Shown here: in pieces, positions 29,207 through 42,813 of the stretch
Position numbering within the stretch: the stretch's first letter is position 1
How the letters are laid out: the number at the start of each line of letters is the position of its first letter
NCBI GenBank assembly: GCA_041650835.1
Contig: JBAZKL010000003.1
Span: 35,682-99,681, forward strand
Source of the DNA: Candidatus Omnitrophota bacterium
GTDB lineage: Bacteria > Omnitrophota > Gorgyraeia > Gygaellales > Profunditerraquicolaceae
DNA: 64,000 nt
Direction of reading: 5' to 3'
Made by a program: the position numbers and the translations under genes
Notes under the pieces: generated by a model
The model's input: only the letters and a program-made list of their open reading frames with translations
The model's database searches: none
What the model was told of the DNA's origin: nothing

Positions 29207-29291
29207 AAACCTCCCTTATTCGGTTTTCGGTACTCGGTGCTCGGTTGTCGGTGACCATGTTAGCCGATAACCGAACACCGATAACCCCTGA

Positions 29292-30521
<1,230 letters not shown>

Positions 30522-30764
30522 CTTTATCCTCCTTATTCATTCACACTCATGGGCCTTACCCATTTATTCAAATTACAAACCTCAAACCCGACGCACCCTT
30601 CTCATCGCTGAAAGAGGCATACTCTGTTTATTATTCCTTATGAAAACCCGCCCGTCATGCTGCTTGCCTGTGTCATTTCAACAGCCTAAACAACACACTT
30701 GAATACCCAGTTGTGCAAAAGAGCACAACAAAACCTTACTCCTCCTTTCGTAAAAAACCCTCTT

Positions 30765-30941
30765 TTAAAGCCCTAATTTTTCTTTCACTAATTTCGCGTA
30801 AAGTTTATTGATGCGCTCCGTCTTAAGCCAGCGCTCCAGAGTCGATATCTGCACATCCATCATCCTTGAAAGGTCAAAAAGAGTATATCCATGCTCGACC
30901 TTATAACTCCTCAATTTTCCGATCAGCTCTTTGTCCAGCAT
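30765..30941 (-). CDS. small HTH protein (58 aa) immediately after third P-II gene (start 3 nt after its stop)
   Basis: own translation MLDKELIGKLRSYKVEHGYTLFDLSRMMDVQISTLERWLKTERINKLYAKLVKEKLGL; below ORF-track size cutoff; coordinates approximate. Confidence 0.35.
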   Translation of the reverse strand: MLDKELIGKLRSYKVEHGYTLFDLSRMMDVQISTLERWLKTERINKLYAKLVKEKLGL

Positions 30942-30944
30942 AGG

Positions 30945-31283
30945 TTAAACAGCCTTTTCGCCCTTTTCTCCGGTACGGATCCTTACCACATCCTCGACCT
31001 GGTAAATAAATATTTTTCCGTCTCCTATTTCCCCGGTCCTGGCGATCGAAGAGATAGCGGTAACGATCTTATCAAGATCCTGGTCCTTAATTACCATCTC
31101 TATCTTTATTTTTGGCAGAAAGTTCACCTTGTATTCCCTGCCCCTGAACTGTTCAATAAGCCCTTTTTGCCTGCCATGGCCTTCGATATGCGTAACCATC
31201 ATCCCCGGATAGCCGTATTTTTCCAACGCTTCGGTTATTTCATCGAGCTTCTCCACCCTTACCACTGCCTCTATCTTTTTCAT
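30945..31283 (-). CDS. nitrogen regulatory protein P-II (divergent third copy)
   Basis: MKKIEAVVRVEKLDEITEAL...GHGRQKG. Confidence 0.85.
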   Translation of the reverse strand: MKKIEAVVRVEKLDEITEALEKYGYPGMMVTHIEGHGRQKGLIEQFRGREYKVNFLPKIKIEMVIKDQDLDKIVTAISSIARTGEIGDGKIFIYQVEDVVRIRTGEKGEKAV

Positions 31284-31340
31284 CGCTTCTATCCTCCTGC
31301 GCCTGTCCCCTGAAAAAGAAGACAGGCGCGAAATTCATAA

Positions 31341-32726
31341 TTAATTATTATATGTATAGAAATTAGGGTACGCGGGAGTCCCATGTTCAGGTATATCCAA
31401 CCCTTTTAATTCCTCCTGAGGAGAGACCCGTATACCAAAGATCTTATCCATCACTTTGAACATGATCAATCCGAGCACAAATGCCCAGGTAACGCACACG
31501 GCTGCCCCGATAACTTGAGCAATAAGCTGTCCTGCTCCGCCGCCGTAGAATAACCCTCTTACCAAAGGCGCCTCAGTGCTGCCGAGGCCGTAGGTCCCGT
31601 CGGCAAAGAGCCCGACGCTGATGAGCCCCCATACGCCATTCATGGCATGCACGCTTACCGCCCCGACGGGATCATCTATTCCCCGCGCTTCCCAGAAATA
31701 AACGCTCATTACCACTATCGCGCCGGCGATCAAACCTATCACAACCGCAGCCCATGCCTCAACCCAGGCGCAGGGAGCGGTAATTGCCACTAACCCGGCC
31801 AAACAGCCGTTGAGCATCATGCCGACATCCCATTTTTTTGTCTTCGCGAAAACAAGCAGCAAAGCGCACGCAGCTCCGGCGGCGGCAGCTAAATTGGTAT
31901 TCACCGCAACGACCGATATCCTTAACTGATGCGCGGAAAATGTCGACCCGGGATTAAACCCGAACCACCCGAACCATAAGATAAAAGTACCCAGCGCCGC
32001 CAAAGTGATACTATGCCCGGGGATAGCTTTGGGTTTACCATCCTTGGCGAACTTACCGAAACGAGGGCCTAAGACGATAGCTCCCGCCAACCCGACAAAG
32101 CCTCCTATAGTATGCACGACTCCGGAACCGGCGAAATCAACGTGGCCGATACCAAAGGGAAGTTTCGCAAGCCATCCTCCTCCCCAAACCCAATGCCCGT
32201 ATATAGGATAAATTATCGCCGTAACAATCAGGCTGTAAAAGAAATACGCGCTGAATTTCATGCGTTCGGCAACCGCCCCTGAAACAATGGTCGCCGCGGT
32301 ACCGGCAAAAACCAGCTGCCAGAAAAACATCAGGTATTTCCCTACATCATAATTCTCGCCGTGGAGAAACCAACCGGACGTCCCGATGAGCCCGTGGGCA
32401 TCCTTGCCCATCATGAACGCGAACCCGAACGCCATAAACACTAAAGACGCAATGACAAAATCAATTGTGTTCTTCGCCATCAAATTGGTGGCGTTCTTCG
32501 CCCTGCAAAATCCCGCTTCAACCATGGCAAAACCCGCTTGCATGAAAAAAACAAGGAACCCGCACACCAATATCCATACATAATCCACTGGAGCCTGTGG
32601 ATTAGCGGCAAGAGTCTGCGCCCCGGAAGGATCCTGCGCCCATACTGCCTGCGCGAGCCCCAGGACCCCTAATAATACTAATACGAACTTTTTAAACATG
32701 GTTAACCTCGCTTTTTTAGAATGCAT
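31341..32726 (-). CDS. amtB: ammonium transporter with signal peptide (AmtB-like), copy 3
   Basis: 461 aa, cleavable N-terminal signal then Amt core. Confidence 0.9.
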   Translation of the reverse strand: MHSKKARLTMFKKFVLVLLGVLGLAQAVWAQDPSGAQTLAANPQAPVDYVWILVCGFLVFFMQAGFAMVEAGFCRAKNATNLMAKNTIDFVIASLVFMAFGFAFMMGKDAHGLIGTSGWFLHGENYDVGKYLMFFWQLVFAGTAATIVSGAVAERMKFSAYFFYSLIVTAIIYPIYGHWVWGGGWLAKLPFGIGHVDFAGSGVVHTIGGFVGLAGAIVLGPRFGKFAKDGKPKAIPGHSITLAALGTFILWFGWFGFNPGSTFSAHQLRISVVAVNTNLAAAAGAACALLLVFAKTKKWDVGMMLNGCLAGLVAITAPCAWVEAWAAVVIGLIAGAIVVMSVYFWEARGIDDPVGAVSVHAMNGVWGLISVGLFADGTYGLGSTEAPLVRGLFYGGGAGQLIAQVIGAAVCVTWAFVLGLIMFKVMDKIFGIRVSPQEELKGLDIPEHGTPAYPNFYTYNN

Positions 32727-33600
32727 AGCTTAAATATACGCCCCCATAAAACCTGCTTTTCTGGTTGCCGTTACCTTTATCGCTTATGTTCCCCCAGGGA
32801 ACGGAATAATTGATATTCGGTTTCATCGACAGGCGCTTGGTAAGGGGCATGGTAATGCCTGCCCCGATCGCGGCATCGCCGCCTTTACTTCTATAATACT
32901 GTTTATTGTTATGTCCTACATGACCCGCAAGATCCAGGCTCATAGAAGTTTTCTTTACGGTGAAGGGAATGCTCTTGGAAAGATTGAGCATCGTATAACT
33001 TCCTTCACCACCGCCATCTTCTTTCTTTCCGTAATCATAATAATACGTTACCGAGGGAGATAAGAAGACTTTTGGGAAAGCCAAGCTACCATACACTTCG
33101 CGGCTGAAACCTTTCGGAGCGCCGTCCGTGGGGAGCGCGTCGGGAAAATCATAGTAGATATGCCCCAGCGAAACATCCACATGCTTGAAGTTATAGGTAT
33201 AATCCAGGATATAATCGGTTTCACTTGATTTCAGAAGATCATTATTCTTAAGGTCATGGCTGACCCAATAACCGAACTTGAGGCGCCCAAACTTCGATTC
33301 AGGGCTCTTAATATAAAAACCCGGCTGGATCACGGGATCGCCGTCAAGCATAATGCCTCGCCATATATAAATAGAACTGTAGTTGAGATCACCGGAAACT
33401 TCAAATCCCAAATCAGAAAGGATCCCTTCCCCCGTCGATTCAGTAGCTGCCGACACGACATGCGCAGAAGGATTACGTACCGCGCTTAAATTCGGATCGA
33501 CCTCCTCAGCGAAAGAAGTAGAGCAAAAAAACAATCCTGCCACTATGGCGAACACACTATAAAACACATACCTCATTTTCTCCTCCTTTGTTATAGTCAC
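32716..33600 (-). CDS. outer-membrane beta-barrel (porin-like) protein, first gene of porin-amt-PII operon
   Basis: signal peptide, alternating amphipathic strands, C-terminal ...SYAF. Confidence 0.55.
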   Translation of the reverse strand: MTITKEEKMRYVFYSVFAIVAGLFFCSTSFAEEVDPNLSAVRNPSAHVVSAATESTGEGILSDLGFEVSGDLNYSSIYIWRGIMLDGDPVIQPGFYIKSPESKFGRLKFGYWVSHDLKNNDLLKSSETDYILDYTYNFKHVDVSLGHIYYDFPDALPTDGAPKGFSREVYGSLAFPKVFLSPSVTYYYDYGKKEDGGGEGSYTMLNLSKSIPFTVKKTSMSLDLAGHVGHNNKQYYRSKGGDAAIGAGITMPLTKRLSMKPNINYSVPWGNISDKGNGNQKSRFYGGVYLSYAF

Positions 33601-33734
33601 GGTTTTCTTACGGCGTACATTTTCTGAAGCACATTGCGTAAAACCGTCTTTTACCGACTTTTTCGTCTTAAAGTAAAAAGGCGCCTTTTAATATTCCCCC
33701 CTGGAATAAAAAAGACGCCTGCGTCTTAACTTCT

Positions 33735-33790
33735 GCTTACACCCGGCGCAGATTGGTATTGCGCCGGTGTGCCGCTTGCTGCGGCAAATA
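33735..33790. repeat. REP-like hairpin unit
   Basis: ctgcttacacccggcgcagattggtattgcgccggtgtgccgcttgctgcggc. Confidence 0.45.
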
Positions 33791-33878
33791 AAAAAGCGTT
33801 CTTTTTCAAGAACGCCCTCGATCTATCTCTATTGCTACTTTGCGAATTGCGACACTTCAACGTGTTTGTAACTTCTTA

Positions 33879-33913
33879 TACTTATACAAGTGTGAAAACC
33901 TTGTTCCTGGTAA
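33879..33913 (-). promoter_or_regulatory. promoter for porin-amt3-PII operon: GTTACCAGG-N21-TATAAG
   Basis: plus strand CTTATAcaagtgtgaaaaccttgttCCTGGTAAC. Confidence 0.45.
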
Positions 33914-33918
33914 CCTCT

Positions 33919-34482
33919 TTAAATCAAATCAATGTATTTCCTGCATTTTTCTCTGACCTTCGCCATACGTTTGATGACCATCACATGCGAGATCCCCAGC
34001 TTCAGGCCGATCTCGCGGGTAGTTAAACCATCCGCATAATAACCGAACATTTCTTTCTCAATAAGGCTGAAGCCGTTATTGCGTATGGTTTCCACTAAAA
34101 GTTTATCGTGCAAATTATCGATATACTCCTTACGATTATCGTTATGATCGGCGATCATGTCCTCCCAGCATATCCCCGACTCCGCGTCGGACGAAAGCGC
34201 TTCAAGGCTTACCAGGCAGCGCCGCGGAGCGGCCTTCCTGATATAATTCTTCAAATAAAAGTAGCACCCCTGTAAAATGTAACTATCCGTCTTATCGGCG
34301 AGCTTCCCCGCGCGAAAATCAGCCAGGAGATGGATCATTGCTTCCTGGAACAGGTCCTCACTGCTTAAAAAACACGAACTCCCCTTTAAACGGTAGGTGA
34401 TCCGTTTTAACACGGGAGTGATCCTTTTTATGACCGTATCAAAATCTGTTTTTTCCATAATTCCACCTTGCTGAAGCATCAT
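33919..34482 (-). CDS. sigma-70 family RNA polymerase sigma factor (ECF-like)
   Basis: region 2 and region 4 HTH (GLTTREIGLKLGISHVMV). Confidence 0.65.
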   Translation of the reverse strand: MMLQQGGIMEKTDFDTVIKRITPVLKRITYRLKGSSCFLSSEDLFQEAMIHLLADFRAGKLADKTDSYILQGCYFYLKNYIRKAAPRRCLVSLEALSSDAESGICWEDMIADHNDNRKEYIDNLHDKLLVETIRNNGFSLIEKEMFGYYADGLTTREIGLKLGISHVMVIKRMAKVREKCRKYIDLI

Positions 34483-36213
34483 CTATCCGCGGTAGCGGTT
34501 AGTGATCGGCATACGCCGGTCCCTGCCGAAGGCCTTTGGGGTTATTTTTATGCCCGGCGGCGACTGGCGCCGCTTATATTCGCTCTTATCGACCATTTGT
34601 AATACCTTCGATACCATAGCGCTATCGAAGCCTAAAGCAACGATCGCGTTAATGTCCTTATTTTCTTCGACATACGCCTTTAAAACCGGGTCTAACTGTT
34701 CATACGGGGCAAGCGTATCCCGGTCCAACTGGTTAGGCCGCAATTCAGCCGTCGGCTCTTTGGTCAAAATACGCTGCGGGATGACGAACGAAATAGAATT
34801 ACGGTAATACGATAATTGATAAACCAGCCCTTTCGGGACATCTTTGATCACGGCAAAACCTCCGGCCATATCGCCGTAGAGCGTGGCATAGCCGGTGCTC
34901 ATTTCCGATTTATTTCCCGTAGTCAATACCAACCAGGAGAATTTATTGGAAAGCGCCATTAAACAAGTGCCCCTGATACGCGCCTGCAGATTTTCTTCAG
35001 TGACATTCTTCTCCAAACCGGCAAAATAGGGCTCAAAGATCAAAAGATACATCTTATAGATCTGTTCGATAGAAATACTCATAAAGGCGATCCCTAAATT
35101 ATCCGCCAATTGCCGGGCATCAGTTTCCGATTCATTGGATGAATAACGGGTCGGCATAAAAACACCCGTTACATTCGAACGGCCTAACGCATCAACCGCC
35201 AATGCCGCCACAAGCGCCGAATCAACCCCTCCGCTTAAACCGATCACCGTTTTCTGAAAGCCGTTTTTCACCACATAATCACGCAGCCCCAGCGTCAATG
35301 CCTTATAAACTTCAGCAGCCGGCTCCAGGGGACTGGCCAGGCTCAGCGGTATTTGCGCCCGCTCAGGGTCACGGGAAGAAAGAGCCGGCAAAGTCAAAAC
35401 AACGGCTTTCTTCTTTGCGTAGGCCTTGACTCGGGAAAGGGCCACATCGGCTATCAAAAGCTCTTCCTCGAATGCCGCTGCCCGCGCGATCACAGCGCCC
35501 TGCCTGTCAACAACCATGCTCTGGCCGTCAAAGACCAATTCATCCTGCCCTCCCACTAAATTGGTATAGGCGATATATACGCGGTTTTTCCTTGCCTGTG
35601 CGCAAATTATCCCTTCCCTCTCTTTTATTTTCCCCGCATGATAGGGAGAAGCGTTAATATTAAGAATGAGCTGGGCGCCTGCCAGGTTTTGAGCTTTGAG
35701 CGGCCCCTCGGCATGCCAGATATCCTCACAAATATTCACTCCGAACACAAAAGGCAACGGCAGCTTCCCGGAAGTCCGGGCTTCCCGGCGCGTTATCGCA
35801 TAAAGATCAGGGGTGTCGCCGGAAGAAAAATACCGCTTTTCATCGAAAACACCGTAATTCGGCAGCAGCATTTTGTGGTATATATGACGGACCTTTTTCT
35901 TATATATGACGGCTGCCGCGTTATAGAGGGCGTTACCCTTGCGGTCCACGAACCCGGCGATCGTAATGATACCAGGGTCAACGCTGCGGGCAAACGCGCG
36001 CAACGCGCAAAGATTATCAGCGATAAACTTCGGTTTAAGCAAAAGGTCCTCGGGAGGATACCCGGTTAATGATAATTCCGGAAAGCAAATAATATCAACA
36101 TTTTTTTGCGCTGCCCGGCTCAAGTATTCGCTCATCTTTTGGCTGTTACCCTCCAGATCGCCGACCGTAGCGTTTATTTGCCCTAATGCTATACGAAAGC
36201 TGTTTTCTCTCAT
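34483..36213 (-). CDS. nadE: glutamine-dependent NAD+ synthetase (nitrilase domain plus NadE domain)
   Basis: MRENSFRIALGQ... CN-hydrolase, GLSGGVDSALVA P-loop; the 22 upstream codons in the track ORF are read from the leader module. Confidence 0.85.
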   Translation of the reverse strand: MRENSFRIALGQINATVGDLEGNSQKMSEYLSRAAQKNVDIICFPELSLTGYPPEDLLLKPKFIADNLCALRAFARSVDPGIITIAGFVDRKGNALYNAAAVIYKKKVRHIYHKMLLPNYGVFDEKRYFSSGDTPDLYAITRREARTSGKLPLPFVFGVNICEDIWHAEGPLKAQNLAGAQLILNINASPYHAGKIKEREGIICAQARKNRVYIAYTNLVGGQDELVFDGQSMVVDRQGAVIARAAAFEEELLIADVALSRVKAYAKKKAVVLTLPALSSRDPERAQIPLSLASPLEPAAEVYKALTLGLRDYVVKNGFQKTVIGLSGGVDSALVAALAVDALGRSNVTGVFMPTRYSSNESETDARQLADNLGIAFMSISIEQIYKMYLLIFEPYFAGLEKNVTEENLQARIRGTCLMALSNKFSWLVLTTGNKSEMSTGYATLYGDMAGGFAVIKDVPKGLVYQLSYYRNSISFVIPQRILTKEPTAELRPNQLDRDTLAPYEQLDPVLKAYVEENKDINAIVALGFDSAMVSKVLQMVDKSEYKRRQSPPGIKITPKAFGRDRRMPITNRYRG

Positions 36214-36224
36214 AAGAATAAAAA

Positions 36225-36425
36225 AAGCGCCCTTCATCCACCACCGGGATAAAGGACGCCTTAGTCCATGCTTTACCACCCGAACATACAGGATTGTTCG
36301 GTGTACCCTCGCGGGTAAAAAAAAAGTCTTTTTGCGTTCTTTGCAAAAAGACTTCTGCGTCTTAATTCTACTTCTCTGTACTTATTATAAATATACCACA
36401 GATTCGGCTTTTGTCAAGCTTTTCC
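36225..36425 (-). promoter_or_regulatory. promoter-leader module copy 1 (TTGACA-N16-TATATT; hairpin+U9; covarying hairpin; hairpin+U7 ending ~8 nt before nadE ATG)
   Basis: ~75-80% identical to 43050-43260. Confidence 0.55.
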
Positions 36426-36432
36426 CTGATCT

Positions 36433-36684
36433 TTATGGCAGAAAAAGCACCGCTTTATTCTCCGTAACCTCCAGGAAACTTTTTCCCTCGGCATTAAAAA
36501 CAACTGATTTTCCAGAAAGCTCCCGCACAGTTATTCTCCCCGTAATAAGGTTAGCGGCAAAAGGGGCATGATCGGCGAGTATTCCTACATAGCCGGTTTC
36601 AGCCGGTACCACCAAAGATACCACCTCCCCCTCATAAAGGGGCCTCTCCGGGCTCAAGATAGCGACATGGAACGGTTTCTCCAT
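36433..36684 (-). CDS. atpC: ATP synthase epsilon subunit (short, beta-sandwich domain only)
   Basis: 83 aa. Confidence 0.8.
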   Translation of the reverse strand: MEKPFHVAILSPERPLYEGEVVSLVVPAETGYVGILADHAPFAANLITGRITVRELSGKSVVFNAEGKSFLEVTENKAVLFLP

Positions 36685-36697
36685 AGAATTCCTTAAC

Positions 36698-38110
<1,413 letters not shown>

Positions 38111-38968
38111 TCATCCTTTCAGCGCTTCCGCGGAGGAAATGATTTCCAGCATATCCTGCGTGATCGTCGCCTGCCTGACTTTATTTCTCGTCAAAACCAG
38201 ATTTTTTAAAAGCTCCCTGGCGTTGTCGGTTGCTGTTTTCATGGCAACCGTCCTTGCCGCATGCTCTGAAGCAAACGCCTCCAGGAGTATGAACCTGCCG
38301 GAGAGCGAGATATACCGGGGAAGCAGCTCCTCAAGGACTCTCACCGCTGCCGGCTCAAAAATATACTCGGATTTAACTCCACCTTCCCCCTGGAGGCCGA
38401 GGAACTTCTTTACTACCGGTTTATGCAATAATGCCGTTTCAAAATGAGCATAGGCGCAATACACTTCTCCAACCTTCCCCGACGAAAAAAGATCGACAAG
38501 ATTTCCCGTGATCTCATCGGATATGTTTTTCGAATACCTGCCGTTGAGGCCGACATAACTCTTGGCTATTGAGACTCCCGGGGCATTCTTGAAATAATTA
38601 AGCCCTTTTCGCCCGACGATAACCAGTTCCACGTTATCTTTCTTTCGCTCATTGATGAACGCCTCCGCGGCGCGTATGATATCATTATTATAAACACCGC
38701 AGAGCCCGCTGTCGGATGTGATCACGCACAAACAGGTTTTCTCTCCAAACGCTTTTTTCTTCAGGTACGGGCTCAGCGGAACCTCTACACTCGCCAGAAG
38801 ATTATTGAGCATTGTTCTTAATTTCAGAAAATACTGCCTCTGGGCAGAAAGTATTTTATTAGTGCTGTTTAACTTAGACACCGAGATCATCTCCAATGCC
38901 CCCGTTACTTTTTTGGCATTTTCAATGCTGCGTATCCTTAGTTTTATCTGTCTGAGAGACTGGATCAT
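38111..38968 (-). CDS. atpG: ATP synthase gamma subunit
   Basis: 285 aa, operon position. Confidence 0.9.
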   Translation of the reverse strand: MIQSLRQIKLRIRSIENAKKVTGALEMISVSKLNSTNKILSAQRQYFLKLRTMLNNLLASVEVPLSPYLKKKAFGEKTCLCVITSDSGLCGVYNNDIIRAAEAFINERKKDNVELVIVGRKGLNYFKNAPGVSIAKSYVGLNGRYSKNISDEITGNLVDLFSSGKVGEVYCAYAHFETALLHKPVVKKFLGLQGEGGVKSEYIFEPAAVRVLEELLPRYISLSGRFILLEAFASEHAARTVAMKTATDNARELLKNLVLTRNKVRQATITQDMLEIISSAEALKG

Positions 38969-40494
38969 CGCTTAATCCGGGAAATAAATTCTTTTTTGAA
39001 CGATTCGATCGCCTGATCAAGGTCATTCATAAGGCCCTGGCTTAATTCTTTTTCCGTCTGGACCTTATGCTCGATTTCAGGGTACACCTGTTCCATGTAT
39101 TGATAAAAGGCAGGCTCGAATTTCTTGATCGCGGCTACCGGGATATCATCAAGGAAACCGCGTGTCCCGCAATAAATGATCATGACCTGTTTTGCCAGAG
39201 AAAGCGGGTGGTACTGATCCTGTTTTAAGATCTCAACCATCCTCTCTCCGCGGGTCAACTGCGCCTGGGTGGTCTTATCCAATTCCGTCCCGAACTGGGT
39301 AAAAGCGACCAATTCCCGGTACTGGGCCAGATCCAGCCGCAGCTTTGAAGCGACTTGGCGCATTGCCTTTACCTGGGCCTTACCGCCGACGCGCGATACC
39401 GATAACCCCACATTGATAGCCGGACGGATGCCCGCGTAAAAAAGATCGCTCTCCAAATAGATCTGACCGTCGGTGATCGAAATGACGTTGGTCGGGATAT
39501 AGCTGGTAATATCTCCGGCTTGAGTTTCTATGATCGGGATTGCCGTAGAAGACCCTCCCCCTAACTCATCATTAAGTTTGGCGCAACGCTCCAATAATCG
39601 GGAATGAAGATAAAAAATATCCCCGGGATACGCTTCTCTGCCCGGCGGCCGGCGAAGTAAAAGAGAGATCTGGCGGTAAGCTTGCGCGTGCTTTGACAGG
39701 TCATCATAGACCACAAGCGCGTGCTTACCGGAATACATGAATTCTTCCGCGATCGCGCATCCGGAATACGGCGCCAAATATTGCAGCGATGCCGATGCGC
39801 GCGAAGAAGCGCTCACCACCGTCGTATAAGACATCGCGCCGTATTTTTCCAGATGCTGAACAACAGCGACGATACTGGCAAGCTTCTGTCCGATAGCGAC
39901 ATAGATACAATACACCCCTTTGTTCTTTTGATTGATGATCGTATCGATGGCGATAGAGGTCTTGCCGGTCTGCCGGTCGGCGATGATCAATTCCCGCTGG
40001 CCGCGGCCGATAGGCGTCATCGCGTCGATCGCCTTGATCCCTGTTTCCAGCGACTCAAACACCGGTTGGCGCTCGACGACATTCGGAGCCCCTGCTTCAA
40101 GCGGCCTGAATTTATCCGCCGCAACAGGCCCTTTCCCGTCAATAGGCCGGCCAAGCGCATTCACCACGCGGCCGACCAACGCAACTCCCACCGGTACTGA
40201 AACGATCTTACCGGTACGCTTAACGATATCTCCCTCTTTAATGTTCTTATCGGGGGTGTCCGTGCCGAAAACAACTACCCCGACGCTATCTTCTTCAAGG
40301 TTAAAAACCATACCCATGATATTATCGGAGAATTCAACCAGTTCCCCCATCATGACATCGTCAAGGCCGTAAATCCGGGCAATAGTATCGCCTACCTGGA
40401 TCACCGTCCCGATCGATTCGACCCTTAAACGGGAACGGTATTTTTCCAGTTCTTTCTTAATGATCGAGGTTACTTCTTCCGGTTTGAGTGCCAT
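38965..40494 (-). CDS. atpA: ATP synthase alpha subunit
   Basis: GDRQTGKT P-loop. Confidence 0.95.
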   Translation of the reverse strand: MALKPEEVTSIIKKELEKYRSRLRVESIGTVIQVGDTIARIYGLDDVMMGELVEFSDNIMGMVFNLEEDSVGVVVFGTDTPDKNIKEGDIVKRTGKIVSVPVGVALVGRVVNALGRPIDGKGPVAADKFRPLEAGAPNVVERQPVFESLETGIKAIDAMTPIGRGQRELIIADRQTGKTSIAIDTIINQKNKGVYCIYVAIGQKLASIVAVVQHLEKYGAMSYTTVVSASSRASASLQYLAPYSGCAIAEEFMYSGKHALVVYDDLSKHAQAYRQISLLLRRPPGREAYPGDIFYLHSRLLERCAKLNDELGGGSSTAIPIIETQAGDITSYIPTNVISITDGQIYLESDLFYAGIRPAINVGLSVSRVGGKAQVKAMRQVASKLRLDLAQYRELVAFTQFGTELDKTTQAQLTRGERMVEILKQDQYHPLSLAKQVMIIYCGTRGFLDDIPVAAIKKFEPAFYQYMEQVYPEIEHKVQTEKELSQGLMNDLDQAIESFKKEFISRIKR

Positions 40495-40495
40495 A

Positions 40496-41050
40496 TTATA
40501 CCTTTACCGCCATGAGCTTCTCACGAAGTTCATCAAGGCGCCTGCGTACTGAACCGTCAATAACGGTATTTCCGATAATTATCTGCACACCGCCGAGCAG
40601 AGTCGAGTCAAGATCGATATAAAACTTAAACCTTCGCGCGTACTTCTCTTCTAATTTCTTCTCAATGCTCTTGATAAGATCTAAATCCAACAAATAACTC
40701 GTCCGCAAGAGCACCTCGGATTCTCCGTAATGCGAATATTTCACCCTGACATATTCGATAATATCAGCGATCTTATCGATGCGTCCTTTCTCTAAAAGAA
40801 GTTTCAAGAATTGCTTTGTTTCAGGCAGGAATGCATCACCCAATACAGCGTCGATAAAACCGTATTTCTCACTGAGGGTGATCTCCAGGCTGCACAGAAA
40901 TTCAAAAAAATCAGGATTATTATTCATAAGGGCCTTAAGGCCCTTTAAATCATCGACAGCCTGCAGGCGATGGGCCCCTTCCTTGGCATAACCCAGGAAC
41001 GCTTCCGCGTACCTGTTAACGACAATCCTGTCTTTAAAATTAGCTTTCAT
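40496..41050 (-). CDS. atpH: ATP synthase delta subunit
   Basis: 184 aa, operon position. Confidence 0.8.
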   Translation of the reverse strand: MKANFKDRIVVNRYAEAFLGYAKEGAHRLQAVDDLKGLKALMNNNPDFFEFLCSLEITLSEKYGFIDAVLGDAFLPETKQFLKLLLEKGRIDKIADIIEYVRVKYSHYGESEVLLRTSYLLDLDLIKSIEKKLEEKYARRFKFYIDLDSTLLGGVQIIIGNTVIDGSVRRRLDELREKLMAVKV

Positions 41051-41545
41051 CTAAAGATCATCCATTCGCTTAAGAAAATCTTCCACGATCTTTTTATCTT
41101 CTTCCGCGGTCAACTTCTCTTGAATGACACTTTCCGCCGCGCTCATAGCCAGGTCGACAATTTCTTTCTTTAATTCCTGTTTTGCCTTTGAAAGCTCATA
41201 TTTAACGCTCGCCTGGGCATTGGTAATGATCTCCTGCGCTTGCTCGAAGGCTTTTTTCCTGGAATCTTCCACGATCTTTCTACCGTCGACGATCGCTTCC
41301 TGGAGGCGCAGCTTGGCGATAGCTTCAATCCCGTTCACCTTTGCTTCATATTCAGCTTTGATGCGCGCCATGTCGACCTTAGTGTCCTCTATATTCTTGA
41401 ATTCCGCGGCGATACGCTCCTTACGCTGGTCTAAAAGCGCTAATATCTTCTTCCAGGCAAAGCTGCGCAAGACAAAAAGCAGAAGCAGGAAACTTAAGAC
41501 CTGCGCGACAATTTCACTGCCGCTTAATAATTTTAGCAGTTCCAT
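41051..41545 (-). CDS. atpF: ATP synthase subunit b
   Basis: N-terminal TM then long coiled coil. Confidence 0.8.
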   Translation of the reverse strand: MELLKLLSGSEIVAQVLSFLLLLFVLRSFAWKKILALLDQRKERIAAEFKNIEDTKVDMARIKAEYEAKVNGIEAIAKLRLQEAIVDGRKIVEDSRKKAFEQAQEIITNAQASVKYELSKAKQELKKEIVDLAMSAAESVIQEKLTAEEDKKIVEDFLKRMDDL

Positions 41546-41560
41546 AGTTTATAAGAATGT

Positions 41561-41791
41561 TTAAAATTTCCCCGATAATACAAATGAAAAAACCAGGGCA
41601 TAAATAGTGATCGCCTCGATAAAGGCGCATCCGATGGTCATGTTGATCAATATTTTCGTTGAAGCTTCCGGCTGGCGGGCAATCGCATCCATCGCGGAAG
41701 AAACAGCTTTTCCTAATCCTATCGCAGACCCAAACGCAGCTACCCCTAATCCTAAGGGAAGGCTCAATGCAAGTGCGAATTTCAGATCCAT
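41561..41791 (-). CDS. atpE: ATP synthase subunit c
   Basis: 76 aa two-helix hairpin with carboxylate in helix 2 (FIEAITIYALV). Confidence 0.85.
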   Translation of the reverse strand: MDLKFALALSLPLGLGVAAFGSAIGLGKAVSSAMDAIARQPEASTKILINMTIGCAFIEAITIYALVFSFVLSGKF

Positions 41792-41809
41792 ACTTCCTCC
41801 TTTTTTTTC

Positions 41810-42556
41810 TTACTCTTCATGGGTTAAAACAACAGCAAAATAAATCGTGCTTAAAAGGCAAAAAACCACTGCCTGGACAACCGCCGCTAAGAGCGATGAA
41901 AACATATTAAAGAACAACAAGGGAAACCCTTTCATGCCGAAATTCGTCAAAACCGATAACAAAACATCGTCACCCCAGATATTACTGCGCAGACGAAGCG
42001 ATAAACTGAGAGGTTTAATCAACTCTCCCGCCAGATGCAGAAAAAACATTAATAAGGGAATAACGATCGAGAACGCGATGGCGCCGCGCGGTCTTCCTGC
42101 CAGGTGGTCGAGATATCCCCGTACCCCTAACTCTTTAAGCGCGGAATATTGAACGTAAAAGAAAACACACAGCGCCAGCGCCAGGGTCGTTGACCAGCTT
42201 GACGTCGAAGGCTTCAGGAACGGCACCAAACCGGAAAGATTCATAAAAAGTATATAGATAAAGAGCGTCCCGATAAAAGGGGTGTACTTTCTTCCTTTCG
42301 GCCCCAGGATCCCGCAGACAAAATCATCTAAGCCTCCCGCTAAAACCTCAACGGCATTCTGCAGCCTCCCCGGGATCAAAGAATTCTTTCTCGCGCCATA
42401 AAAGGCGATTGCCGAGATCACTGCCATAATAAAGAGCGAATAAACAACGTGTTCCCAGACATACAGATTTTCAAAAAATGGATTACCCTTGAACCTTTCC
42501 GCAAGCAACGCCAACAAATCGGGTAATTCATGCTGTACAACAGCACCTTCTACCAT
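41810..42556 (-). CDS. atpB: ATP synthase subunit a
   Basis: 248 aa polytopic, conserved Arg helix. Confidence 0.85.
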   Translation of the reverse strand: MVEGAVVQHELPDLLALLAERFKGNPFFENLYVWEHVVYSLFIMAVISAIAFYGARKNSLIPGRLQNAVEVLAGGLDDFVCGILGPKGRKYTPFIGTLFIYILFMNLSGLVPFLKPSTSSWSTTLALALCVFFYVQYSALKELGVRGYLDHLAGRPRGAIAFSIVIPLLMFFLHLAGELIKPLSLSLRLRSNIWGDDVLLSVLTNFGMKGFPLLFFNMFSSLLAAVVQAVVFCLLSTIYFAVVLTHEE

Positions 42557-42559
42557 ATT

Positions 42560-42810
42560 AATTTCCCCTGCTATTCTGATTATTTCTATAAATGGGGTAT
42601 GGGTAAAGGTAAGGCGGTTAGTTTAGTAGTTAGGAAAGGTAGTTTGGGTTCAAGATCTAACTACCTTTCCCAACAACCAAACAAATATCCTAACCTTAAC
42701 CATAATCTAACACTATAGGTCATAGACCATCAACCGTGGACTAACGCCTACCTGTTTACCCCGAGCTTGTCGAGGGGTGTCTTGTGTCATGCGACATGTG
42801 CCTACAACCT
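42560..42810. repeat. mosaic repeat region between atpZ-like gene and atpB
   Basis: shares gttagtttagtagttaggaaagg, ccccgagcttgtcgagggg and cttgtgtcatgcgacatgtg modules with 51590-52130. Confidence 0.5.
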
Positions 42811-42813
42811 GCT

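Noticed and set aside
36213-36279. 22-codon N-terminal extension of NadE in the ORF track (MVKHGLRRPLSRWWMKGAFFIL)
   Set aside because: This stretch is encoded by the conserved leader module, which is shared with the unrelated atp promoter region. The NadE homology starts at MRENSFRIALGQ.
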